From positions 1-44,232 of the forward strand of contig CAYQFH010000001.1 in assembly GCA_964416755.1 (NCBI GenBank): a stretch of DNA of 44,232 nucleotides, given 5' to 3'. This DNA comes from an uncultured Piscirickettsiaceae bacterium (GTDB lineage Bacteria; Pseudomonadota; Gammaproteobacteria; GCF-002020875). Shown here one piece after another: positions 8,380 through 16,865 of this stretch. The first letter of the stretch is position 1. Every line of letters begins with the position of its first letter. Position numbers and translations under genes: made by a program. The notes beneath the pieces are model-generated. The model was not told the origin of the DNA and did not search any database. It saw only the letters and a program-made list of their open reading frames with translations.

Positions 8380-9657
8380 ATGAGCGAATTGCCTCGAGTA
8401 TTGGTTGTTGATGACCAGCCGACCAATTTGCAGGTGGTAGGTGGTGTGTTGCGAGATACCGGGCAGTATCGGGTCAGTTTTGCCCAGAGTGGTGAGGAGG
8501 CGTTGATGTTGGTGGATAATCTGGCGCCAGACCTGATTTTGCTCGATGTAATGATGCCGGGTGTGGGCGGCTTCGAGGTTTGCCGGAAACTGAAAGGCAG
8601 TCCTGTTCTGAACGCAATCCCGATCATATTCCTTACCGCAAAAAGTCAGGCCAAAGACATGGTGGAGGGCTTTGAAGTTGGAGGAGCCGATTACATCACC
8701 AAGCCATTTGAACCTGCAGTACTGCTCTCCCGGGTCAATGCCCACCTCCAGCTCTACCTCTATAATCAGCGTGAAGAGGAGATGAGAAGCAAGGAGCGGA
8801 TCACCTCTTATCAGAACGGTTTGACGGAGATGGGAGCCTCCGTGCTGCACAATATTGGCAATGCGATGGTCGGTGTCAATAGTCGGCTCTCTCCCATTCA
8901 CGAAATGGTGAAAAAGATGGGTGATCTGGGGGGCGCACTGGAGAAGGCACACACCATGCTGAAGGATGAAGGGGATGTGGATCGCGTACTACAGATTCTC
9001 ACGCTGAGTAGTAAACTGCTGAAGGAAGAGTATGCGGCAATGTTGGCAGAGGATAGCGATAATCTGAGAGAGTCTGTCCACCATGTGAATGAGATTATTG
9101 ATGCGCAGCGAAACTTGACAGCGAAAGGGTTGATGTCTTCTCACTTTCATGTTGAGTCACTGATTTCTGATGTGACGACATTGTTGGGGGATGAGCTGAA
9201 GAAACGCAAGATCAGGTTGGTGATCAAGGAAGAGGCCAGAATACCTGAGGTGTTCTTGCCACGCAGTCCGATGGGGCAGATGGTGGTGAATTTGATCAAG
9301 AACAGCTACGAATCTCTCTCCACGCATGTTCAGCGTAGCGGGATCAGAGAAAATGAGGCCGAGATTGAGGTCAGACTCCGTCTGGATGATGTGAAAGAGG
9401 GGGGACAGTTCTGGCGTCTGGAGGTGGCTGACAATGGTGTGGGGATTGCGCAGGAGCATTTGAGTCAGGTGCTGCTCTCCGGCTATACCTCAAAGTCTTC
9501 AGGAAGTGGGTTGGGGCTGCACAGCGCTGCCAATTTTGCCGTTGCAGTGGGAGGGAAGCTTTCGGTAGAGAGCGATGGGATCGGCAAGGGGGCAACCGTT
9601 TCCGTGTTGCTCCCCCAGGAGTGTCAGCAGAACTGCTACCAGATGAACTTCGGCTAG
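8380..9657 (+). CDS. Cytoplasmic REC-HisKA-HATPase hybrid kinase
   Basis: N-terminal REC (VLVVDD, LLDVMMP, FLTA, ITKP), H-box ASVLHNIGN, NLIKNS, DNGVG and GSGLGL. Confidence 0.92.
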   Translation: MSELPRVLVVDDQPTNLQVVGGVLRDTGQYRVSFAQSGEEALMLVDNLAPDLILLDVMMPGVGGFEVCRKLKGSPVLNAIPIIFLTAKSQAKDMVEGFEVGGADYITKPFEPAVLLSRVNAHLQLYLYNQREEEMRSKERITSYQNGLTEMGASVLHNIGNAMVGVNSRLSPIHEMVKKMGDLGGALEKAHTMLKDEGDVDRVLQILTLSSKLLKEEYAAMLAEDSDNLRESVHHVNEIIDAQRNLTAKGLMSSHFHVESLISDVTTLLGDELKKRKIRLVIKEEARIPEVFLPRSPMGQMVVNLIKNSYESLSTHVQRSGIRENEAEIEVRLRLDDVKEGGQFWRLEVADNGVGIAQEHLSQVLLSGYTSKSSGSGLGLHSAANFAVAVGGKLSVESDGIGKGATVSVLLPQECQQNCYQMNFG

Positions 9658-9692
9658 TGAGTTAGCCGTTCTGGTGATTGACCGGGGTATGG

Positions 9693-11528
9693 TCAGGTTC
9701 TGAAGTAGGCGGTCAACTCAGGTAGATCTACTTCACTCAACTTCAGTGGTACGCTCTCATTGAGAGGCATTCCCTTTTTTAGTCGCGCCCTGCACTCCAG
9801 AGCCAGTTCCGGGATCAGGAAGGTTCCGCGCTGTTTCATCAGGTCAACCAATATCCCGTTTGTGTTCCATGTCTCTTGTTCTTGCAGCCATACCATGGTC
9901 CAGTGGCGGTTGGAGAGGCGTTCTGCACGACGTATGTTACCGATAATGGCCTCTGCAGCGCCTATCCGTTCGGTCACTGTTTCACTGTCGAGCAGGGGTT
10001 GTTGTCTCAGCCAGGCACGCAGTTGCTGGTGAGCGACCAGATCAAGATAGCGTCTTAACGGGCTGGTTACCTGGCTGTATTGCACCATTCCCAAGCCAGC
10101 ATGACGATCGGGGGTGGTCTTCAACTGGCTGCGCTGGAAGCGACGACGGAAGGCGTACATCTCTGCAGGGGTCTCTGGAGGAGGGTAAGGATTGCCTTTA
10201 TCATCCGGTTCTGGAGGAGGCTGAGTGGAGTAGGGGAACGGGATATCATGCTGTTGCGAAAAGAGGGCGGCCGCTTCACCAGCCATCAGCATGAACTCGG
10301 TGACCAGGTTGCGACTGCGTAGTTTGGGCAGGGGGGTGATTTTTACAGCTTCATTCTCTACCCGTATTTTTACCTCAGGCAGCTCAAGGCGAATGGCCCC
10401 CTGCTGCAACCGTCTCTGCTGATAGCGCAGTGCGAATTCATACAGTGGGGCGAACGGTGCTTCTTCAATCTGCTGATCAACCACTGTATAGGTGGTGCGT
10501 TGCACCTTGATCCAGCTGGTGACAATCTCGATCTGTTCTATTTCCGCCTCTGCTGACAGTGTGAAGCTGAAAGAGAGGGCAGGTGAGCGCTCCTGTAGCC
10601 CAAGTCCGAGCACTTCTGTCGCCTTTTCAGGCAGCATGGTGAGTGTCCCTTCGGGAAGATAGAGATTGGCGCCACGGGTACGGGCCTGTTGATCCAGCGG
10701 AGAATCTGGTGGAATCAATGCAGCCACATCAGCCACGTGTACCCAGATGCGCTTGCCGTCGAATGAGATGGCATCGTCAGGATCCCGGTTCCCCTCATCG
10801 TCAATTGCCCATGCATTCAGGTGAGTCAAATCTACCCGTTGTTCATCAGGCAGATCGGGTACCGCGCCTTCGGCAGGAGCAGTCTCTACGCCCATTCTGG
10901 CAGGGTAGGGATTGTAATTGGGGGGCCAGTAGCTGCACTCCAGGAGCAGATGATGGGCATTCTCCGGACGCTGCTCCCGGTTGAGATCGCGTAGAATCCG
11001 GCTCACCTCGCTACGCCCCAGTGCCACCATCTCTACATCACTGAGCTCCGCATGATCCTCTGCCAGTAGGGTGTTGGATTGCAGCCGCTGCAGAAAGGCG
11101 GCCTTCTTCTGTTCAGCCTCCTGTTTTTCACTGCGTATGCGTTTAACCTCATCGATGTGTGTCTCCGGGTGTCCCTGAATGGCTCCGGGGGTACCATGGA
11201 AATAGAGGTTCTCGGTAATCAACTGCCAGCTGCACCAGTGGGTATGTGGCGTACTCTCTCCGAAGATCAGTTCGCTCAGCTCATCCAGCGGCAGGCTCTC
11301 GTCACCCAGCAGCTCCCATGCTTCATCAATCTCTCCATCCAGGGGGGGCTCCAGTTCGCTGAGGGTACGGAGAGGGCCGGGGTGGAGTGTGAGAATATCC
11401 TTCTCCCGCACCCGTTTGGACTTTCCGTTGGGGAGCTGGATCTCGATCTTGTCGCTGATGTTGGTGATCTTTGCAGGGGCGCTCTTGTAGAGTACCAGTG
11501 CGTCTTTCCGGGGAGATAGGTTATCCAT
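9693..11528 (-). CDS. RNB-domain exoribonuclease (RNase II/R family)
   Basis: AIDDEGNRDPDDAIS, VHVADV, LVTEFMLMA, HAGLG and TSPLRRYLDL. The start is set at ATG 11528 (MDNLSPRKD) to avoid overlapping the divergent SCO gene. Confidence 0.93.
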   Translation of the reverse strand: MDNLSPRKDALVLYKSAPAKITNISDKIEIQLPNGKSKRVREKDILTLHPGPLRTLSELEPPLDGEIDEAWELLGDESLPLDELSELIFGESTPHTHWCSWQLITENLYFHGTPGAIQGHPETHIDEVKRIRSEKQEAEQKKAAFLQRLQSNTLLAEDHAELSDVEMVALGRSEVSRILRDLNREQRPENAHHLLLECSYWPPNYNPYPARMGVETAPAEGAVPDLPDEQRVDLTHLNAWAIDDEGNRDPDDAISFDGKRIWVHVADVAALIPPDSPLDQQARTRGANLYLPEGTLTMLPEKATEVLGLGLQERSPALSFSFTLSAEAEIEQIEIVTSWIKVQRTTYTVVDQQIEEAPFAPLYEFALRYQQRRLQQGAIRLELPEVKIRVENEAVKITPLPKLRSRNLVTEFMLMAGEAAALFSQQHDIPFPYSTQPPPEPDDKGNPYPPPETPAEMYAFRRRFQRSQLKTTPDRHAGLGMVQYSQVTSPLRRYLDLVAHQQLRAWLRQQPLLDSETVTERIGAAEAIIGNIRRAERLSNRHWTMVWLQEQETWNTNGILVDLMKQRGTFLIPELALECRARLKKGMPLNESVPLKLSEVDLPELTAYFRT

Positions 11529-11567
11529 AGGGAGAGAGGATACTCGGAATGGGAGAGACTCGATAGA

Positions 11568-11596
11568 TTGACATTGAGGAGTGATCCGGTTACAAG
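11568..11596 (+). promoter_or_regulatory. Candidate sigma70 promoter for the SCO operon
   Basis: TTGACA (11568-11573), a 17-nt spacer, then TACAAG (11591-11596). Confidence 0.55.
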
Positions 11597-11632
11597 AGTC
11601 CCTGCTTTTGTTGTTGTTTTGGAGAGAGTCGA

Positions 11633-12310
11633 GTGGATAGAGTAAATGGGGCAATTGGAAAATGGAGCCGCTGGTGGATGGTTGCTGTGGTGCTGTTACT
11701 TGCCGGTTGTGAGCAATCCGGATCAAAATTGCATCTGGAGGCGGCGACACTTCTGCCTCAACCGAAGAATATTCCCTCCTTTGAACTGCAGCAGCGTGAT
11801 TTGGGAGCATTAACCGGTGATCAGCTCAGGGGGAAGTGGTCACTACTCTTTTTTGGATATACCCGTTGCCCTGATGTCTGCCCCACAGAGCTGTACACCT
11901 TGAGTCAACTGATGCGTTCAATTGAGAAGGCGGGTGGAGAGAGTGAGAAACCACAGGTGCTCTTTATTTCGGTAGATGGAGCACGGGATACTCCTGATGC
12001 ATTGCAGACCTATGCGGCGTATTACCATCCTGACTTTATCGGGGCAACCGGAGGGAAGGATGAGGTGGATACGTTAACCCGATCATTGGGTGTGATGTAT
12101 GAGCGTGTCTACTACCAAAATGGGAAGCAGATCATTGTTGATGAAGCGAAGTTGCAATCAGAGGGAATTCAGCAGGCCTATCTGATCAACCACTCGGCCA
12201 CCATCTTCCTGATCAATCCAGAAGGGAAGTTTCATGCCATCTTCTCAACACCGCACAACCCTGAGGTGATGCAGCGTGACTTGATAGCGATACAGCAGGC
12301 CTGGCAGTGA
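11633..12310 (+). CDS. SCO1/SenC family copper chaperone lipoprotein
   Basis: Lipobox LLAGC, FFGYTRCPDVCP (CxxxC), ISVD…RDT and the conserved His in YLINHSA. Confidence 0.95.
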   Translation: MDRVNGAIGKWSRWWMVAVVLLLAGCEQSGSKLHLEAATLLPQPKNIPSFELQQRDLGALTGDQLRGKWSLLFFGYTRCPDVCPTELYTLSQLMRSIEKAGGESEKPQVLFISVDGARDTPDALQTYAAYYHPDFIGATGGKDEVDTLTRSLGVMYERVYYQNGKQIIVDEAKLQSEGIQQAYLINHSATIFLINPEGKFHAIFSTPHNPEVMQRDLIAIQQAWQ

Positions 12311-12765
12311 GACGATACTATCTGCTGATTGCGCTGTTGCTGTCAGCAGGGGCGGTTGTGGTTGGACTCAATTGGCAGGGCGATGAGCAGCAGCGTGTAG
12401 TCTCATTGCCGTTGGTTGAAGGATGCGGGCTGCATGATTCAGTATGCCATACAACGCTTCCCAATGGCGGGGTGATTGAGTTTGAGATGTCGCCAAAACC
12501 GTTACCGACAACAGAGCCGATCACCATGCAGGCCCGATTCAAGGGGGTTGATCCAAAGCAGGTGACGGTACTGTTTGAAGGGAAGGATATGTATATGGGG
12601 TTTTTGCAGTATCGCCTGAGGCGGGTCGATGTTGCGAAGTTTGAGGGTAAGGGGAGTCTGTCAATCTGTATCCGTCGTTTGATGGAGTGGATTGCCAGGG
12701 TTCAGATTGATGTGGGGGGAGAGATCTATGAGGTGCAATTTCAGTTTGAGACCATCAGTCCATAG
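12307..12765 (+). CDS. Membrane-anchored periplasmic hypothetical protein of the type found next to SCO genes
   Basis: Overlaps the SCO stop (GTGA). N-terminal TM helix, CGLHDSVC, DMYMG and LSIC…MEW; beta-rich. Confidence 0.75.
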   Translation: MRRYYLLIALLLSAGAVVVGLNWQGDEQQRVVSLPLVEGCGLHDSVCHTTLPNGGVIEFEMSPKPLPTTEPITMQARFKGVDPKQVTVLFEGKDMYMGFLQYRLRRVDVAKFEGKGSLSICIRRLMEWIARVQIDVGGEIYEVQFQFETISP

Positions 12766-12792
12766 TGATTTGGTGGTTGAGGAGGATTAATC

Positions 12793-13326
12793 ATGCAGAT
12801 TCGTCTGTCGATGGCGGTATTGATTCTGTTGCCGGTGCTGTTGGGAAAAGTGGGTGATGAAGCTCAGATGAAGCCCAATCCCTGTCTCCACGGCATTACT
12901 GTGGAGCCTGAAGCGGAGTGGGCCAATGGAGGGGCCAATTACCAGATGGGAGAGGGACCCTACTGTAAGACACCGTTGACCCTGGCACATGATGACCACC
13001 AGGCACGTTATGGGGGAGATTTCTACATGGCGCCCAATGGAATCCACCATCTGGAGTTGCTCTACTCGGAGCAGTGTGGAGCACAGGTGGTGCTCTACAA
13101 TGCCTATACGCAGGAGTTGCATGCAGCCAGACAGTTACAGGGGATGGTGCGGGTGGTGCCTGATGATGAGGAACAGCCTGAACGGATACGCTTCATGCAA
13201 AATAGTGATGCGGGGTTGCTGTTGGAGACGGATGTTGGGGGAATCAAGCGCCCCTTTGAGCTGCAGTTTTATCTGCAGTTCCCCTACCGCGTCGAACCGG
13301 ATCGATTCAGTCTCTACGTGCCCTGA
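12793..13326 (+). CDS. Exported hypothetical protein with His-rich candidate metal-binding motif
   Basis: GAGGAGG SD, hydrophobic N-terminus, and AHDDHQARYGGDFYMAPNGIHHLEL. Confidence 0.7.
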   Translation: MQIRLSMAVLILLPVLLGKVGDEAQMKPNPCLHGITVEPEAEWANGGANYQMGEGPYCKTPLTLAHDDHQARYGGDFYMAPNGIHHLELLYSEQCGAQVVLYNAYTQELHAARQLQGMVRVVPDDEEQPERIRFMQNSDAGLLLETDVGGIKRPFELQFYLQFPYRVEPDRFSLYVP

Positions 13327-13380
13327 TCCCCCGGCCATATAGTTGCAGTAGTACTCAGAGGATGGGGGTACAATGCGCCG

Positions 13381-15261
13381 ATGATCCGTATCTCCTCCCT
13401 TGCTATCCGTCGTGGTCCCCGGCTGCTGTTCGAGGATAGCACGCTCTCCATCCACCCTGGGCAGAAGGTGGGTATCACAGGTGGAAACGGAACCGGAAAG
13501 TCGAGTCTGTTTGCGCTGATTCTGGGAGAGATGGGAGCAGATGAGGGTGAGTTATCGATTCCTGACAGTTGGGTGATCGCCCATGTGGCACAGGAGACCC
13601 CATCACTACACTGTAGTGCAATCGATCTGGTGATGGATGGTGACCATGAACTGCGCCGTCTGCAGCGTGCCTTGGAACAGGCTCAGGAGGCAGACGATGG
13701 TGTGTTGCAGGGGGAACTCTACGCTGCACTGGAGACAATTGATGGTTTCAATGCGCGCAATCGTGCTGCCCGTCTGATGCAGGGGCTGGGATTCTCGGTG
13801 GAGCAGGAGGAACAGCCGGTCGAATCCTTCTCGGGAGGATGGCGGATGCGGCTCAACCTTGCGCAGGCGTTGATGGCGCGATCCGATCTGCTGTTGCTGG
13901 ATGAGCCCACCAACCATCTCGATCTGGATGCGGTATTCTGGCTGGAGGAGTGGCTGAGTCACTATGCTGGAACGCTGCTGTTGATCTCGCATGACCGGGA
14001 TGTGCTGGACCGGGTGGTGGATGGTATCGTCCATATCGAGCAGCAGCAGATGCAGTTGACTGCAGGCAACTACAGTGCCTTCGAACGGATTCGTGCAGAA
14101 CGGCTGGCACAGCAGCAGGCGGCACATGAGCGGCAGCAGCGGGAGCAGATCCATATGCACCGCTTTGTGGAGCGCTTCCGCGCCAAGGCGACCAAGGCCA
14201 AACAGGTGCAGAGTCGGGTCAAGGCGCTGGAGCGGATGGAGACCATCGCACCAGCGCATGTGGACTCCCCGTTCCACTTTGAATTTTACCCACCGCAGAA
14301 GAATCCTCATCCACTGTTGACCATTGAGCAGGTGGCTGCCGGATATGGTGAATATGTGGTGCTGGACGGAATCTCAATCACACTCAATCCGGGAGATCGG
14401 CTGGCACTGCTGGGGCGTAACGGTGCCGGTAAATCGACCTTGATGAAACTGCTCTCCAGTGCATCCACGTTGTTGCAAGGGGAACGCAGAGAGGCGCAGG
14501 CACTGAAGGTCGGTTACTTTGCGCAGCACCAATTGGAGCTTTTGGATCTTGAAGCGACTCCGCTGCTCCATCTGCAGAGAAACCACCCACAGGCCAGTGA
14601 ACAGGAGTTGCGTGATTATCTGGGCAGTTTTGGCTTCAATGGAGATCGAGTGTTGGAATTGATTGCTCCCTTCTCTGGTGGGGAGAAGGCACGTCTGGTG
14701 CTGGCAATGATTGTGCGACAGCGCCCCAACTTGTTATTGCTGGATGAGCCCACCAACCATCTTGATCTGGAGATGCGTCATGCGCTAACGGTGGCACTGC
14801 AATCCTTTGAGGGGGCGCTGGTTGTGGTTTCACACGATCGTTATCTATTGGAAGGGGTTGCAGACCAACTGCTACTGGTGGCCAAACAGTGTGTTGAACC
14901 ATTCAATGGGGATCTGGATGATTATGCAAGGTGGCTGCGATCTGAAGAGAAGACGGAGCCATCGACTGCCCCTGAGAAGAGTGCAGGGAGCAACCGCAAG
15001 GAGCAGCGCAGGCAGGAGGCAGAGCTACGCAAGCAGCAGGCCCCAGTGCGCAATCAGGTGAAGCGTTTGGAGCAGAGTGTAGAGCGGTTGGAGCAGCGCA
15101 AGGGTGAGATTGAGACCTTGATGGCTGATTCCGCACTCTATCAGGAGTCCGGAAAGGGGCACTTGACCCAGCTGCTACAGGAGAAGGGAGAAGTGGACCA
15201 GCAGCTACTGCAGGAGGAGGAGCAGTTGCTGGAGCTCTATGAGCTGCTGGAGCAGCAGTAG
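13381..15261 (+). CDS. yheS: ABC-F family ATPase (YheS-like translation factor)
   Basis: Two ABC domains (GGNGTGKS / GRNGAGKS; FSGGWRMR / FSGGEKAR; LLDEPTNHLD twice), the RFRAKATKAKQ linker, a C-terminal coiled coil and no TM segments. Confidence 0.9.
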   Translation: MIRISSLAIRRGPRLLFEDSTLSIHPGQKVGITGGNGTGKSSLFALILGEMGADEGELSIPDSWVIAHVAQETPSLHCSAIDLVMDGDHELRRLQRALEQAQEADDGVLQGELYAALETIDGFNARNRAARLMQGLGFSVEQEEQPVESFSGGWRMRLNLAQALMARSDLLLLDEPTNHLDLDAVFWLEEWLSHYAGTLLLISHDRDVLDRVVDGIVHIEQQQMQLTAGNYSAFERIRAERLAQQQAAHERQQREQIHMHRFVERFRAKATKAKQVQSRVKALERMETIAPAHVDSPFHFEFYPPQKNPHPLLTIEQVAAGYGEYVVLDGISITLNPGDRLALLGRNGAGKSTLMKLLSSASTLLQGERREAQALKVGYFAQHQLELLDLEATPLLHLQRNHPQASEQELRDYLGSFGFNGDRVLELIAPFSGGEKARLVLAMIVRQRPNLLLLDEPTNHLDLEMRHALTVALQSFEGALVVVSHDRYLLEGVADQLLLVAKQCVEPFNGDLDDYARWLRSEEKTEPSTAPEKSAGSNRKEQRRQEAELRKQQAPVRNQVKRLEQSVERLEQRKGEIETLMADSALYQESGKGHLTQLLQEKGEVDQQLLQEEEQLLELYELLEQQ

Positions 15262-15268
15262 CAGTGGC

Positions 15269-16156
15269 TCAGTGCCGTTCGGTAGAGAGGTAGATCCCAC
15301 CCAGGATGCCAGCAGCGCTGAGTAGATGAATTGAAGTGATCGGCTCCCCCAGTACCAGCCATGCCTCGATGCCGCTGAAGAGCGGCAGGGTGTAGTAGAT
15401 CATTCCGGCATTGGCTGGGCCAATTGAAGCAACCGCATGGTTCCAGAGAAAGTAGGAGATAATGGAGGTGAAGAGTCCTAGATAGAGAATTGCTCCGGAA
15501 CTCTGCAGGGTAATCGTGGGCCAGGCCATCCCCTGCTGTTCCCATACCACCCATGGGACCAATAGTACCCAGCCAATCAGGAAGGTGTAGATCAGAAAGG
15601 CATGGCTGTTCAATGTTTGTGGCTTGCGACGAATCAGAATGCTGTATACGGCAAAGATGATCGCGGCGAGCAACATCCAAAGGTCTCCAATGCTGGCCTC
15701 GATCGATAGCAGTTTCTGCAGATCACCACCACTGATGAGGAAGAGAATGCTGGAGAGCACCACAACCACTCCGGCCATCCGTCTGGAGGTGATGGTGTCG
15801 CCCAGAAATAGTGCAGAGAAGAGCAGGATAAAGATTGGAAAGCTGATTGCAATCAGTGAAAGATTGAGGGCAGAAGTGGTCTGGCTGCCAATATAGATCA
15901 GTGTATTGAAGAGGGTCACGCCAAGCAGCGCGGTGATGGCTAGATAGAAGAGGTGCTGCTTGACCAGTGGCCAGGCACTTTTCAATGGTTGCAGTGTGAA
16001 AGGGAGCAGCAGAAGGGTAGCGGTACTCCAGCGCAGAAAGGCGAGTGTAACAGGCGGGATGGTGTCGATTACACTGCGGGCAATGATGAAATTCCAGGAC
16101 CAGATCAGGGTGGCGGTTACCGCACTGAGAATACCCCAGCGGAATGTGTGACTCAT
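15269..16156 (-). CDS. DMT/EamA family transporter
   Basis: About 10 TM helices, IWSWNF, PPVTLAFLR, GDLWMLLA and LWNHAVASIGP. The start is set at ATG 16156 (MSHTFRW), just after ung. Confidence 0.92.
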   Translation of the reverse strand: MSHTFRWGILSAVTATLIWSWNFIIARSVIDTIPPVTLAFLRWSTATLLLLPFTLQPLKSAWPLVKQHLFYLAITALLGVTLFNTLIYIGSQTTSALNLSLIAISFPIFILLFSALFLGDTITSRRMAGVVVVLSSILFLISGGDLQKLLSIEASIGDLWMLLAAIIFAVYSILIRRKPQTLNSHAFLIYTFLIGWVLLVPWVVWEQQGMAWPTITLQSSGAILYLGLFTSIISYFLWNHAVASIGPANAGMIYYTLPLFSGIEAWLVLGEPITSIHLLSAAGILGGIYLSTERH

Positions 16157-16169
16157 TGGTAAAGCGGTT

Positions 16170-16853
16170 TCAAAGTTGCCAGTTGATCGGTTCCAGACCA
16201 TTCGCAGTAAGGTACTGGTTGGTTGTCGAGAAGGGACGGCTACCAAAGAAACCGCGATGAGCCGATAGAGGAGAGGGGTGTGGGGAGCGAATGATCAGAT
16301 GACGGCTGCCATCAATGCGTGCACCTTTCTTCTGTGCATAGCTGCCCCAGAGGATAAAGACCAGATGTTCACGTTCACGGTTGAGATGGTCGATTGCTGC
16401 ATCAGTAAAGGTCTCCCACCCCTTGCCTTGATGTGCTCCGGCACTGCCGGATTCGACGGTCAGAACGGCATTGAGCAGCAGTACCCCCTGGTCAGCCCAC
16501 GGGGTGAGTGTGCCGGAATGGTTCTCTATGCCGAGATCGGACTCCAGCTCTTTGTAGATATTGAGTAGTGATGGTGGAATTCTGACTCCGGGTTGGACCG
16601 AGAAGCAGAGTCCGTGTGCCTGCCTTGGGCCATGGTAGGGGTCCTGTCCAATGATCACCACCTTGGTCTTGTCGAACGGGGTGTGGGCAAAGGCGTTGAA
16701 CCACTGATTGGAGGGGGGGAAGAGGGTTATCCCCTGCTGCTTGCGCTGTAGCAGAAACTGGCGCAGTGTGACCATATAGGGCTTGTCAAACTCGGGTAGT
16801 AGTACCTGCTTCCAGCTCTCTTCCAGTTGTACACGCTCTTGTGTAGTACTCAT
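16170..16853 (-). CDS. ung: Uracil-DNA glycosylase (family 1)
   Basis: GQDPYH, HGLCFSV, PPSL, GVLLLN and HPSPLS motifs. Confidence 0.98.
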   Translation of the reverse strand: MSTTQERVQLEESWKQVLLPEFDKPYMVTLRQFLLQRKQQGITLFPPSNQWFNAFAHTPFDKTKVVIIGQDPYHGPRQAHGLCFSVQPGVRIPPSLLNIYKELESDLGIENHSGTLTPWADQGVLLLNAVLTVESGSAGAHQGKGWETFTDAAIDHLNREREHLVFILWGSYAQKKGARIDGSRHLIIRSPHPSPLSAHRGFFGSRPFSTTNQYLTANGLEPINWQL

Positions 16854-16865
16854 TTTGGGGGCATG

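Noticed and set aside
11529-11810. N-terminal extension of the RNB ORF to 705 aa
   Set aside because: It overlaps the divergent SCO gene and its promoter, and the composition is non-protein-like. ATG 11528 is preferred.
15170-15265. CAG/GAG-rich repeats at the end of the ABC-F gene
   Set aside because: Explained by the Q/E/L-rich coiled coil; not an independent DNA repeat.
16157-16246. Upstream extension of the DMT ORF
   Set aside because: It overlaps the 3' end of ung. ATG 16156 gives a normal 295-aa EamA protein.
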